Below are positions 1 to 11,408 of a DNA stretch of 64,000 nt, in pieces. The position numbers and the translations under genes are program-made. Position 1 is the stretch's first letter. Each line of letters opens with the position of its first letter. The notes under the pieces are model-generated. The model ran no database searches. It saw only the letters and a list, made by a program, of their open reading frames with translations, and was not told the origin of the DNA. This DNA is from Moniliella sp. 'wahieum' (lineage: Eukaryota), in NCBI GenBank assembly GCA_003971905.1, contig RSEE01000056.1, forward strand, positions 186,001-250,000, read 5' to 3'.

Positions 1-895
1 TAGAAGCAGATCCGAAAGCTCTGCGAAGGGTGAGGGTAGACGGGATGCCAAGATGGCGCGGCCATCCTACAGACTGAGGTTAGATTACGGTCATGCAATG
101 TTGAGGAGTGAAGAACGCACCTTGGTGTTGGACAAGACCAGCAAGCAGCGCAGGATCTCGTGTAGCAATAGGTCATCGTGCTGCTCCTCGCGCCATTCGA
201 GCTGTAGTAGATTGGAGAGGATAGTGAGCAGCGCATCAAACCCGCTTGCGCCGCGTGGGGTCGGGGCTGCAAAAGCAGTGGCCCACGAGGGCGACTCCGC
301 CGTCAAGACAGCACGAAGGGATTTGACTTGACGAATGTCGAGCTGAGTGGCGGGCGCACTGCGCAGCATGTCTGCATACCACCGCGGCGGCTGTGCTCGG
401 CGTGGGGATGCGCGGCAAGGGGCTGGTTGTGCGACTTGGGCTTCCGCTGCGGCTGGCAGCGGGGCTTCCTGAGATGATGGGGGACGGGGTGCGACTGGGT
501 ACCAGGCTGGGGCGTGGACTGGCACTCATGCTTACTGGGCTGCGGCTGCGGCTGCGGCTCCTGTCGCGGCTGCTGCGCGCCGCCTTGACAACGCGGCCAA
601 GGGTGCCGAAGTTGAGCCCCTTTGGGGGCGGCGGAGGGCTGTCGGCATGGGCGCTAGGGGGGCCGGTAAAGAGCATGTTGGCAGGCGGAGGGGCAGGCGG
701 GGCGAGGCGAGTGCTGCTGGGCTGGGCGGGGGCGGGGGCGGGGGAGGAGGGAGAGACGGCAAGCGCAGTGGCGCCGGCGAGGAGCTGGGCCTTGAGGGCG
801 GGGTCGAGCCCCGAGAGGCGCGGACGCTGGGCGGGGCCGACGTCGAACTGGTCGAGCAGCGCGCCAAAGTCGGCGTCGATGTCGGCGGGAGGCAT
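1..895 (-). CDS. Formin GTPase-binding (Drf_GBD/armadillo-like) domain protein, Rid1-like; 5' part only, runs off the window start
   Basis: ATG at 895 (MPPADIDADFGALLDQFDV...LSGLDPALKAQLL), then an S/P-rich linker. After a frameshift: RQVKSLRAVLTAESPSWATAF...GFDALLTILSNLLQLEWREEQHDDLLLHEILRCLLVL, resembling fungal GBD-type proteins. Intron 67-120 (GTGCGT...CTAAC...TAG). Confidence 0.7.
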
Positions 896-1141
896 GGGCA
901 GCGTGCGGGTGGTGGCGGCGGCGCGAGGGGTGTTGATCGCCCGGCGGGAGGCCCAGCGGGGTGCTATTAGGGACGCTCTACCAGGTGGCGCAGGGGGCGT
1001 GTGTTGGGTGGCAATTCTACATCTTAGGTAAGCCCCGACTCCACATTTCCCACCGGCCGAACCACAGAAGAGCGTAACCAGCACACGCGCGCCCAGAGCA
1101 CCGCGCACGCCGCCGCCGCTGCCACCACCACCTCCCCGGCC

Positions 1142-3509
1142 ATGCCGCCCGATGAGCACGAGCTGCACACGAGCGGCGCCTACACCGACGGCATGCGCGT
1201 CGTGCCCCCCCTCGGTGCTGGCCACCGTCCCGGCGCCCTTGCCGGCGTTCCGGGCGGCCACCTGCAGTCGGCCAGTGCGAGCAACACTCGCCAGCCCAGC
1301 CTGCTCTCCCGCTCCATGGCCTCGCTCCGGCGCCAGTGACGCCTACGCGACCCATGGGTGCCGGTCATGATGCACAGCCGTCGCAGCCGGACACGCGCCC
1401 GCTGCTGAGCGCGGCGGATGCGTACCTGTCCTTGCCCGACCAGCCCCAATACCCCAGCAGGACCGCGGCGCCGGCTGCTCGCCCGACATGGCCGAACTTG
1501 CGCCACCTGCCGACACAAGGGCACAATCCACTGTCACCTCCACCGACTCCTACCCAATCCTCAGGCCCAGTTGGGATTACGTCAATGTCACGAGCCCTCG
1601 CCTCTTCATCCGGCCACTCGTCCTCCGCTCCCCTCGCCGACACCCTCGGTCGCGGTCTTGACCCCGCCCCCTCTCCGGTTCTGGCCCCGACGCCCAGCTG
1701 CACCCCCACCCATACGCATCAGGGCCGGGTGCCACTTCTCCATGGCCCATGGCTAGTACACCCTCGGGCTTACTCGACGAGCCCGATCCCCGACCCACGA
1801 CGAATCCCGAAACCAGCTTCTCCCGTCGACCCTTAGTCCCAGTGCCCCTCCGTCATGGACTGCATTGGGCCTCGGTCGCCGCCGGCGAAGTAAACGCCAA
1901 CGTGTCCCCACCGACGGCCCCCCGCCAAGGGCAGAGCAGTGTGCATCATCCTTACCCTTCTTGCCTTGTTCGTCTGTCTCGGCGTGGGGTTGGGTGTTGG
2001 CCTGGGGCTGGGTCTTCCGAAACGATCCTCACACCTAGCCGCCAGCGGCCATATTAAGCTCCCCACTCCCCCCAAATGCTGCCTTTCTTCGCTGGGCCCC
2101 TTGTCCGGGCCAAACGGAGGCAACAGTACCGTTGATGCACTCCAGCCGCTGGGCCGACCCGGCGGGAGAGGCAGCCAGTAATGCCACTCTCGGCGTGGTG
2201 GTCCAGCATGGCATTGACCGCGACTTTCAAGCGGCTTTTTCCGACCTGGCACCGCTGTTGGACCTGAGCTCGGCAGTGCTTATCGCGCCCAACTTTTACT
2301 TACCTAGCGACTCACCTACCCTCAACCACACAAGCAACACCTACTCCAACTGGTACAATGCCTCTGAGACAATGGCATGGAACAACTTTACTGATTGGGT
2401 GGGCGGGGCCGACCCTGTTGCGCCCAACTCCTCTCTTGTCTCTTCAAACCAAATGGTTGCGGAAAGCAAGCAATGCAGCACTTACGACGTCTACGACGGT
2501 CTGATTGCTCTCTTGGCCAATACCACACTCTATCCTAATCTGCGACACATCATCATTGCTGGCCATTCGGGGGGGGGCGCGTTCGTGGCTCGCTATGCGC
2601 TCATGGCCGCCAATCCGCCCGTCGCGCCCCCAGGGCATACCAATGTGACGGTCCGATATGTTCACGCCAACAGTCCCAGTTTCCCTTACTTTAATACCAT
2701 CCGACCCACGCCACAAGTGATCTGGACTGCCCCGGCCAGAATAACTGGATGTACGGGTTGAATATGCCAAACCGGTATGCCGCCAAACGGCTCGCCAAAC
2801 CTGTTCGAGCACTGTTTCGGTGCGTATCCCCCCCCCCCCCATCCCCATCCCTGCCCAGTTATGCGCCTGGTGGCACTACTAACCCCCCACTATCACCCGA
2901 TCAGACGGTACATCGAGCGAGACGTGGTCCAGTTGCAAGGAAACCTGGATACCCGGGCTCAATTCCCCAATGGCGACTACACATGCGAGGTGGAGGCGCA
3001 AGGCGGCGACGACACCAGAGATCGCAATTATGCCTGGTGGATCTACAAGAACCTCATGGCCGGCTCACCAACCAACGTGACAGCGCTGCCTTTCTATACC
3101 AACCTAAGTGCCCTCATCGCTCCTAGCACAGCATTCGAGGTCACCACGCTCCCCTCGACCACCCCCTCAAATTCGGGATCGGGGTCGGGGTCAGGATCGG
3201 GGTTGGGATCAGGGTCCAGGCCGTCCTCCATCGATTCGTCTAACGGATACCTTGTTTCCGCTGCGACACGGCCAGGACCATCTCCTGGGCATCCGCCCTT
3301 TCCGTCATCGCTTTTGCCTCGTGGATAACGTGGGCCATGTGGAACAGCTGATGTGGAACTCGAGCTGTGGCAAGGCCGCATTCGACCCTTTACAAGGCAC
3401 CCCAACCACCCTTAATGTCACATCCACCACCGGTTGGCCTCCTTTCCAGCCTCCTCCGCTGTCGTCATCTTCTTCCCCTTCAATCGCTGCATCCCGCAGG
3501 GTCGAATAA
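1142..3509 (+). CDS. Single-pass membrane protein with extracellular alpha/beta-hydrolase domain
   Basis: Pro-rich N-terminus, then a TM segment [25 protein letters not shown] (~1939-2015). Domain motifs: VVVQHGIDRD, LIAPNF, LYPNLRHIIIAGHSGGGAFVARYA (nucleophile elbow 2561-2575), RYVHANSPSFPYF, QGNLD, CEVEAQGG, VDNVGH...SSCGKAAF. Intron 2820-2904. Several frameshifts; start codon uncertain. Confidence 0.7.
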
Positions 3510-4122
3510 TCCCTTTCCGAACTGCTTTTTTTCATTCGGCCCTCATCACCATTGTATGCATCTCACTTTCCTCGTTGCGCCCAACTGGCTCCATCCCCTC
3601 TTCTTGCCCTTGCATTTCTTTCTCTCGGCTGGGCCGGTCCTGACGACGACCAGTCCGCCAAGCCGCACCTTTTTCCTCGTTCTGTCTCTGCGTATGTTAC
3701 TCTGCTTTGTTGATCACCTCCAGCACCCGTCTTCATTGAGGTCCTCCTGGACGCTCCACCCCCTGGTCCTCTCCTGTTTTTTGCGCCTTCGCCATCCCTT
3801 CCCTCTCTGCCTGCTGCCATGTCGATTCTTGCATCACAATCTCCCCACAAGTGCCCCTCCCCGACAATAAAAAAGGAGCGTCACCGTTGAACAACGCGAG
3901 TTGCCTAGCCGTACTTTCTCTCCACGGTCTACGATCCTATTCGATGTTTGCGCCTTTTATATTACCGAAAAAAATGGTGTTACATTATGGACATTGCAGC
4001 GTACAAACAACTCAGCCAGAGCGAGCTGACCATTGAATCCCGCCCCAAAGGATAGAAAGTTTCTTCCCAAGAGGGAAATGGGCGGGCAAGCGGGAAAGGA
4101 GAGAGAAAGGCACGAATGAAAG

Positions 4123-5997
4123 TCACACCTCGGCCCGTTCGCGAACCAAGCGCAAGTACGCATTTTCGTTAGTCGTCGGAAGGTCTTGCCCCAGATCATC
4201 ATGGGGATACAGAGCAAAATAAAGAAGAGGTCCAGCACGGCACATGCAATCATCGTGTTCTCAATCCCGCTTGCATCGATCCAGGGCTCTGCGCATACAG
4301 TTCGGTCAGTCATCCGGGCATGGATCTATGAGGAAGGGAGCTGGAGCTGGAGTAAGACGGGGCCGAAACGTACCAACAGCAAACGTGAATCCACATGCCA
4401 TGCCGTTGTTGATCAAAGCAATGCATGCCATGCCTATACATCAAATGTGATCCATAGGTCAGAATCATTCCACCACTTTCATAGTTGGGGAGGGAGAAAG
4501 AGAGGGCAGGAGTAAAAGACGTACCTTCCATCACACAGTCCGGGTAAGCTTCTGCCACATATGTCATGGACAAGTCCCCACAGCAGCCAAAGCCAAAGCC
4601 AATGAAGCCGAGCGCCACATACGGTGCACCCCAGGACCAGCCCCGGGCAGTTCCGATCCCAAACACGAGCATGCCAATAAAGCTAATGAAGGCGGCCGGA
4701 ATCATAAACCACAAGCGATCCTCCGCTTCACGACGGCCCTGGCGGCGGGACGCGAGCCAAATGACAAACTTGTCGTTGAGCCAGCCGCCATACAAACAGC
4801 CGATCACCGAACCGATCAAGCAAGGCACGTTCATGATCCCGTCGGCAGCATCGCCATAGTTCCAAGGCGCCTCTGTCCAATTGTCCTCCTCCAGGGTGAG
4901 GTAGAAGGAGAGCCAGGCATCTTGGGCACCCCATTGCAACCCACTGTAGAGGATGGCAGGGAAGAAGAGCATGCGACAGGTCAAGCCGAGGCGTTTCCAG
5001 TACTGCACAAAGCCCGTGCCCTTTAGGTTGTGGGCAAACGTAATGGGCTGGATGCTTTCCCAGTAAGTTTTTTTCCGCTCATGTGCCCGGGAGCCCGATC
5101 CGGGGGCCAAGGCACCTGACTCGAGCAGCGTAGGCGCAATCCCATCCCCCTTGAGATTCTTCTCCTTTTCCAAGCTGGTGTTGGAACCAATCTCATGGTC
5201 TGGTGTGGGCATGGCCACCGTCTCGGCCACCAATGGCTCCCGGTTAAACATGGTCTCCTTCCATCCCAAATAGCAGGACCACGATCGTGCCCGCCGAGAT
5301 GATGACGGCCCACCATCCAATCCAGCGCCAGCCAAACGTTTCACTGTCTGCAATAAAGCCAGCGATCAGAGGGCCAATGTACGTGCCGATGGAGGTCGCC
5401 ATCACGTACAAGCCCAACGCCGCACCACGCTGGTGGTCAAACGACACGTCGGTCAGTGAAAGTTGCACGTTGGCCTCGGCGCACGACTCGCTTGCGCCGA
5501 CAAACAGTTGGTTCCAGATCGAATCGCTGGGCGTCTGAATCTTGGCAAACCAGATCGCCCCGGCCAACCCCGACAGCATCGACAGCATGTACACGCACTT
5601 GCGCCCGTACAGCCACGGCAAGGGCGCGGTAAAAAAGGTGACAAGACCAATGGCGCAAACAAGACACCTTTTGGTAGTTTAATAAGAGGAAGAAGAGGCA
5701 AACAGGTCAGCCGACATAATCGGGATTCGACCAGAATACGTACCAGCGCCGGTGTTGGCGTACGAATAAAGATGCCCAGTTGGCTCTCCATGCCGCCCTG
5801 GCCTGAGCCGGCGTCATTGGATGTGGCGGCGGTGAGGCCGACGAGGTAGCAGCACAGCAGGCCGTTCCAGAAACGACGGCTCCAGTGCCAAGTGAGCGGG
5901 TCGTTGGGGAGTCGGTTGGGATGGGAAGGAGGATGATCTCGTTGTGATCGAGCAGCTCCCACGAGCCGGGAAGCTCTTCCGTGTGGGACGAGGCCAT
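4123..5997 (-). CDS. HOL1: MFS transporter, HOL1 family (histidinol/polyamine uptake type)
   Basis: PIPTDSPNDPLTW, TAATSNDAG, NQLFVGASESCAEANVQLSLTDV, SIGTYIGPLIAGFI, GWRWIGW, LQWGAQDAWLSFY and GDLSMTYVAEAYPDCV match recalled HOL1-type motifs. ATG at 5997; likely stop at 4123 after a frameshift; about two introns. Confidence 0.8.
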
Positions 5998-8783
5998 GGG
6001 AGTGACAGAGCGAGAGGGAGGGGCCGAGGCGGGTATACAAGGCCTAGGGAGGCGCCCAGTGGGTGTTCCGTCTTGCAAGTGAGGCGGAGAAGCAAGATGC
6101 GCTTTACTTAAACGGAAGTCAATACCTGGTATGGCCTGCCCCTTCTATACTTGCCCTGGTTCCCCTGTGGCGGCCAGGGCGGGTGCGTCAGTCGGGATAC
6201 ACTCTCTTGCTACGGGCACCACCACCCGCGGGTCAGGGGATATACACTGGCGCTGCGCTTGAGATGTGATTTCGGGGACCTGGCGCTTCGCTGCAGCTGG
6301 TGCTACGCTGGGGCACTGGCGCCCTGCGACGTAGCCCAGCACGGCCCCGGCACAGCGGCCTGATGCCTGAGGCCGCAGGGACAGATAAGGCTCAAGAGTC
6401 AATTCACCCATCCGCATCACTGGTCACGTGTCTTAGATGTCTGATATCAGCACGCGAGTGCAGGCGCACCGCCAACACCGCCTCTGCCGCTCTCGGCTGC
6501 TGGGCCACTGCCTCGCAGCTCGCGCCCTCTGGGTGCTCAGCGTGCTCAGCGATCGCAACGCCTCCCGGCAGTTCGGCCAGCGCAGCCCAGAGCGCCTAGC
6601 GCTCGGCGCTCGCAGCGCCAGCACTGGCACCGGCGGCACCTGCTCTATCGCCTGTCCCTCAAGTCCGTGTCTTGGGATATCGATGATTGATTGAGTTTCG
6701 CTTTCGCTCTCCTCCCATCTACATCTCGTTGTCGGTGGTTTAGTTCGGAGGTCAGGAGGAGCTTGGCGCCAGACTGACATGCCCCGAACAATGATATCCC
6801 TCCTCCTTCCCCCCGCCGCAGAGCAAAACACAGAGAGATACTGTGCAGATGAGCTCTCGGTGGGCATCATCGCCTACAACGCAACTACCCGCAAATTAAT
6901 GCATTAGACCCCTCAGGGACTAATGACTAGTGACTAGTGACTGGTTACCGGTTACCGTTACCGCAGCCCCTCTCAGATCTCACATCTCATAGGCATCACA
7001 AAGGATACGTCTCTCTTCGCATTGGCGCCACAGAGCTGTAATTGACTCCTGCTGACCGAGAGATCTCTCCACAATCTAAGATCGAAGATCTAATCTTTAT
7101 TAGTCGTTTTGTTTGCCTGCCTGACAGCACATGTGTATCATGCACCTCGAAGCAAATGCCACTCTCTACGACTAAGTTTAGCTCCGCGAGCGATCGGAGC
7201 ATGGCTTAGAACCACCGCAGCGGAAAACCTGAGATCCGAGATGCGACGTATGACAGAGATCTCTCCCCTTCTTGCCCCCACATTCGGTCCGCGCTAGCCG
7301 CGCTCACTTTCAAATTTCACTCCTATACCGCTGTAACTTCTACTTTACATAGAAAAGCAGTCTCTGTGTTGCCACAATAGATCCAACGTCTCTCCTCTGC
7401 TTGATACACTGGCAGCCAGCGAACCTCATCGGCGTCTACTGACATCAGTGTCTTCAATCACGACGTCTCCGGCCTGATGGCAAACAGCACAACTGTGCCG
7501 GAGAGGAAACAAACGGGCGCCTTTTTTCACAGACAAGGCGGGGCGGCAAAGTGGGGAGCCACAAGTCCTCAAAAGCGCGTTTTACTGACGGCATCTAAGA
7601 TCTAACAGAAGAAAAGAGACAGGAGACAGCAACGAAAGGGGAAGACGGAGAATGATTAATGAACAGAGACAGTGCCCCCACACGGCGTATACCCTTAGAG
7701 AAGCATGTGCGGCAGAGTCTGATAGCACCCCCCTAACGTCTGTCTCTTTCTCCGCTCGCTCCACGATGGTGTACCAACTTTGGCTGTATCCGAGTTGGAG
7801 ACCCGATGGCTTGTGACATGTGACACGAGGAAGTGCTATCGGATGACATTCTTAGTGCCTTCACGGTCTTCGCTTGCTTCTATTGGAGGGTAGTGCTGGG
7901 GTTCCGTTGCACGGCCCTCGGTGGATCGCGGAAGAGTTCCGCTCGCAGGGCGCGCGCGCCCTGCTCGCTTCATTTCCCTTCTCTCTCCTGTTTCCTTCCC
8001 TTCAACTCAGATGTTGCCTGAAGACTTGTGGCTCACCTCTTTGCCTTCACGCCTGTCTGAAGGCTGTTTTGCAGCTCATCCATAGGATCGCGAGTGCTCC
8101 CAAGTCGCACTCTATCTTTCCATCTGCCCAGTCGCGCGAGCCTTCCATCAGCCGCTTCGGTTCTCCGTACCTCAGCATGTCGCCTGGGTTCCTTTCACAG
8201 CCACTGCCATGCCTCAGCCCTGGAAGTGTCTGCCCGCTCCACTGCATCTACCCGTCGCTCAGCCCCGGAGGCTTCAGACACGTTACTACCCTCCAGCCGG
8301 CGTATAGGGTCGACGAAATTCACGTTACATGGATCGAGCCCGCCACTCTGGACCATCGATCATCCTTGCTTCCCCCCTTCTTCTTGTCCTGCCCCCCTCT
8401 TCTTGTCCTTCCCCCCCCCCACCTTATTTTTGTCGCAAAGACTCCAATCGCTTTCCACATCTCCTCCTTGCTCCACCGATCCGCGGCAGCCTTGTGACCA
8501 GGTCGACGGCAGTGGGTTAGCACAACCGTGGGCGTGGATTGAAGGGCACCGTGTGCGAGTGTGAGCGTCGGTGTCGCAATGGGGGCACCGGGGGGAGTAC
8601 GGGTAGGGGGCATTTTAAGTGGGTGGAGGGACGCGTCGACGCGACTCTGTCATATGCCCGATGATTGGCGCAGCCAGCCCCCCAGCCGTCACGTGCAGGT
8701 GGGGGGGGGTGCAGTAGGGTTGCACATTTTCTTTGACCCTCCGATATGGAACTTAGAGATGTGAGGGAGGCCTGAGGTCAAGC

Positions 8784-8863
8784 GCGGTTAGTGGTTAGGG
8801 TTAGCGGTTAGCGGTTAGCGCCTGTGAGCCAGGCCACGCCCACGCCACGCCACATCACGTGAC
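8784..8863. promoter_or_regulatory. GGTTAG(C/G/T) repeat array plus E-box ATCACGTGAC upstream of RPP2
   Basis: gcggttagtggttagggttagcggttagcggttagcg at 8784-8820 and ATCACGTGAC at 8854-8863, about 300-380 bp upstream of the RPP2 ATG. Confidence 0.5.
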
Positions 8864-9162
8864 GTGAGTTTGAAGCTGTACTATTTCATTTCAAAACCAG
8901 GCCGATCCGAAAAAAAAATACGCCGCTGCTGCGGCCAACAAGGGCATGGCGCAAGTCATCCACAATGAAATGGAGTACACTGGCCTCGCACCTGTATGAA
9001 TAACCCTACAATTGCAGCCGCCGCCTTCATCTTCCGCTTGCGGGCCGTGGCCATGTTTCTGTTTCCTCTCACCACTTCTCGCGCGCCTGAGAGTCTCTTT
9101 GAGCTAAGGTCCTTTGGACGGATTATCAGCACGCACCCCCCTATTACTTCCTTTCGATCATC

Positions 9163-9613
9163 ATGAAGCACGTCGCCGTACCTTCTGCTCGTCTCGGGTG
9201 GCAACACCGCGCCTCGGCCAAGGACGTTACCCAGCTCCTTGCCACCGTTGGCATGAGCCCGACACGGAGCGCCTGGACAAGGTTGTCGCCGATGTCTGGC
9301 AAGGACGTTTCCGAGGTGCGTAGTGTCTCTCTTTTTTGGCCGTGCCAGTCCCAGTCCCAAACATTTGTTTCGGGACTCACGGATGAACTTTCCCCTTTGC
9401 CGGATGCAACCCGATAACCTTGGATATCATCAGCTGATCGCCGCTGGTGCGGAGAAGCTCGCCTTCTGTTCCTGCTGGTGGCGCTGTGGCTGCCGCTGCC
9501 CCCGCTGCCGGTGGCGCTGCTGCTGGCGGCGACGCGCCCGCTGCCGAGGAGAAGAAGGAGGAGAAGGAAGAGGAGGAGTCGACGACGACATGGGCTTTGG
9601 TCTGTTTGACTAA
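9163..9613 (+). CDS. RPP2: 60S acidic ribosomal protein P2
   Basis: MKHVA..LLLVSGGNTAPSAKDV..., LIAAGAEKLA.VPAGG, Ala-rich hinge and C-terminal EEKKEEKEEEES(D)DDMGFGLFD-stop. Intron 9316-9433 (GTGCGT...CAG). Confidence 0.95.
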
Positions 9614-10224
9614 GCGCCTGCATTCTCTCTCTGTCCTTGGCATGAAGATGGGCAGATGGCATTTCAATGGCCTACTGGTCTAAGTTTGTCGCTGCCGCTT
9701 CTGGCCGTTTCTTTCCACGTAAGCTTCCTGCTCGGCTTGGCCTGTAGGGGCTGTAGGGGCTAGCAAAATGCCTGATCGATGTTGAATGGGATTCTGTTCA
9801 ACGGTCATCCGATTGACGTAGCACATGTTCTGCTACCCATGTAGTTCTCTGTAGTTGAACTCAGGGCAAAGTGGATAAAAGAGAAAACATCGGAGCTCTA
9901 AGGCCTGTTGATCGATGATGGACCGGACCTAGGCCAACCCCACGTCGAGCCATGGCGACGACAGGATGTACATGTGGGCGGAAGAGAAGCAATCTAGTAC
10001 AGAAGGAGAGGCAGCACGCTAATTTCGAAGGGGAGAAGATCTAGAAGATGTGTAGGGTGCAATAGGTATCAATACAGTACAGACCACAAAAGGCGCGGGC
10101 GGCCTGAGGCATGACGAAAGACTATTGGGAGAAAGTAGTAAGAAAAAAGTCCGAGTACACCATGTGGGTGATGGGAGAAGAGGGGCAGGGGCAAAAGCGG
10201 TACGGCAGAAATGAGAAGGTGAGG

Positions 10225-11408
10225 TTACCACACAGGTGTGGCCATGGGTTGCCGGGCCTCTGGGCTAGGTGGGATAGCAGTAGGGTAGGCACGGCGAATG
10301 GGGAGGCCACCGGCTGTAATCATGCTAACAATCCCGCCCGCTGCAGTGTTTGCGCCTTCCATCCCGCTCAAAATCGAGCTGAGCGCGCCTACGTTGCCCG
10401 CCGCGGCAGCCGAAGAAGCGAGTGGGTTGTTGGCAATGATGGAGCTGGCCACTGCAGCAGCGCCCGAGCCCGCACCCGTTGATCCGGATAGAAGAGAGCC
10501 CAAGCTAGGGCAGTCGACATTCACCTTCACGTTGTTGACAGGGATGCTGAATTGGACGGAAAGGACGGATACTTTGATTTTGAGATTGACATCCAGCGGG
10601 ATGGTCCCGTCTCGCTTGGCCAGGAGGTGGGAATCCGGTCTACGCCGGCCCAAATTGTTTGTCAAGCTCGACAAGTTGGTCAGGCCCGACACATCCCATC
10701 CACACCCACTGGCCACATCTTGGAAGACGGGCAGCGTTGTTCAAGAGCTCATTGGCTTGAACCAGGGTTAGTTGGACTGGCAGCGCAACTGTCGTGTTGG
10801 CGTTGCTGGCGATCTTGATGTTGGCTTGTTTGGCTGTACCAATTGAATGGTCCCGAACGTTGGCCTCGTAGATGGTGGCATTGATTGTCTTGACCGTTGC
10901 GCTGATCGAGTTGGGGTTGGAAACGCCTGCGTAGACAGTGGTGTTCAAGTAGAGCGCTTGATTCGCCAGTCCCAGCTGGGGATCTGAATAACCCGACACG
11001 CCCACATTAGGCGGGCGGGCATACTGCCATAGCGGAGACGTCAGAGGCATGAAGGGTTATAGAAGAGGCGGAGAACGTACCATCACAGCGAGAAGAATGC
11101 CCGACGCAACACCAATGATGGCCAGAAAAACAAAACAAAAGATGGACCCAAAGAGCTTGGCACAGCCATTGCGTTCCGCCAAGCGAGACTTGTCCTCGGC
11201 GGTCCAGATCGAGTTGCCGCGGTAGGCACGCCCGGTGATCATGCCGTATGTGCTTGGGTGGGCGGAATGGGAGCCGCGGGGCAGACTATCTTCCTTGTCG
11301 CCGGGAGTGTCGGTAGGAGGCGTAGCCACCAGGCTCGTCGTAGCGGCCCGCGTAGTCGTTGGTGGGGTACTGCCCATACACATGTTCGTACGCTCCGTTG
11401 GTGGCCAT
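10225..11408 (-). CDS. Type II membrane protein with LEA_2-like beta-sandwich domain
   Basis: Cytosolic N-terminus, TM IFCFVFLAIIGVASGILLAVM, then a short intron (~11023-11079). Following exon: YARPPNV...LNTTVYAGVSNPNSISATVKTINATIY...IGTAKQANIKIASNANTTVALPVQL (NPN motif typical of LEA_2), ending in an S/A/G-rich tail. Confidence 0.65.

Noticed and set aside
6700..8500. Short ORFs or a transposon relic between HOL1 and RPP2
   Set aside because: No transposase, RT or integrase motif, and no terminal repeats that I could identify.
8784..8820. Interstitial telomere or chromosome fusion scar
   Set aside because: Only one true TTAGGG; the other units are 7-mers, and the array is very short.
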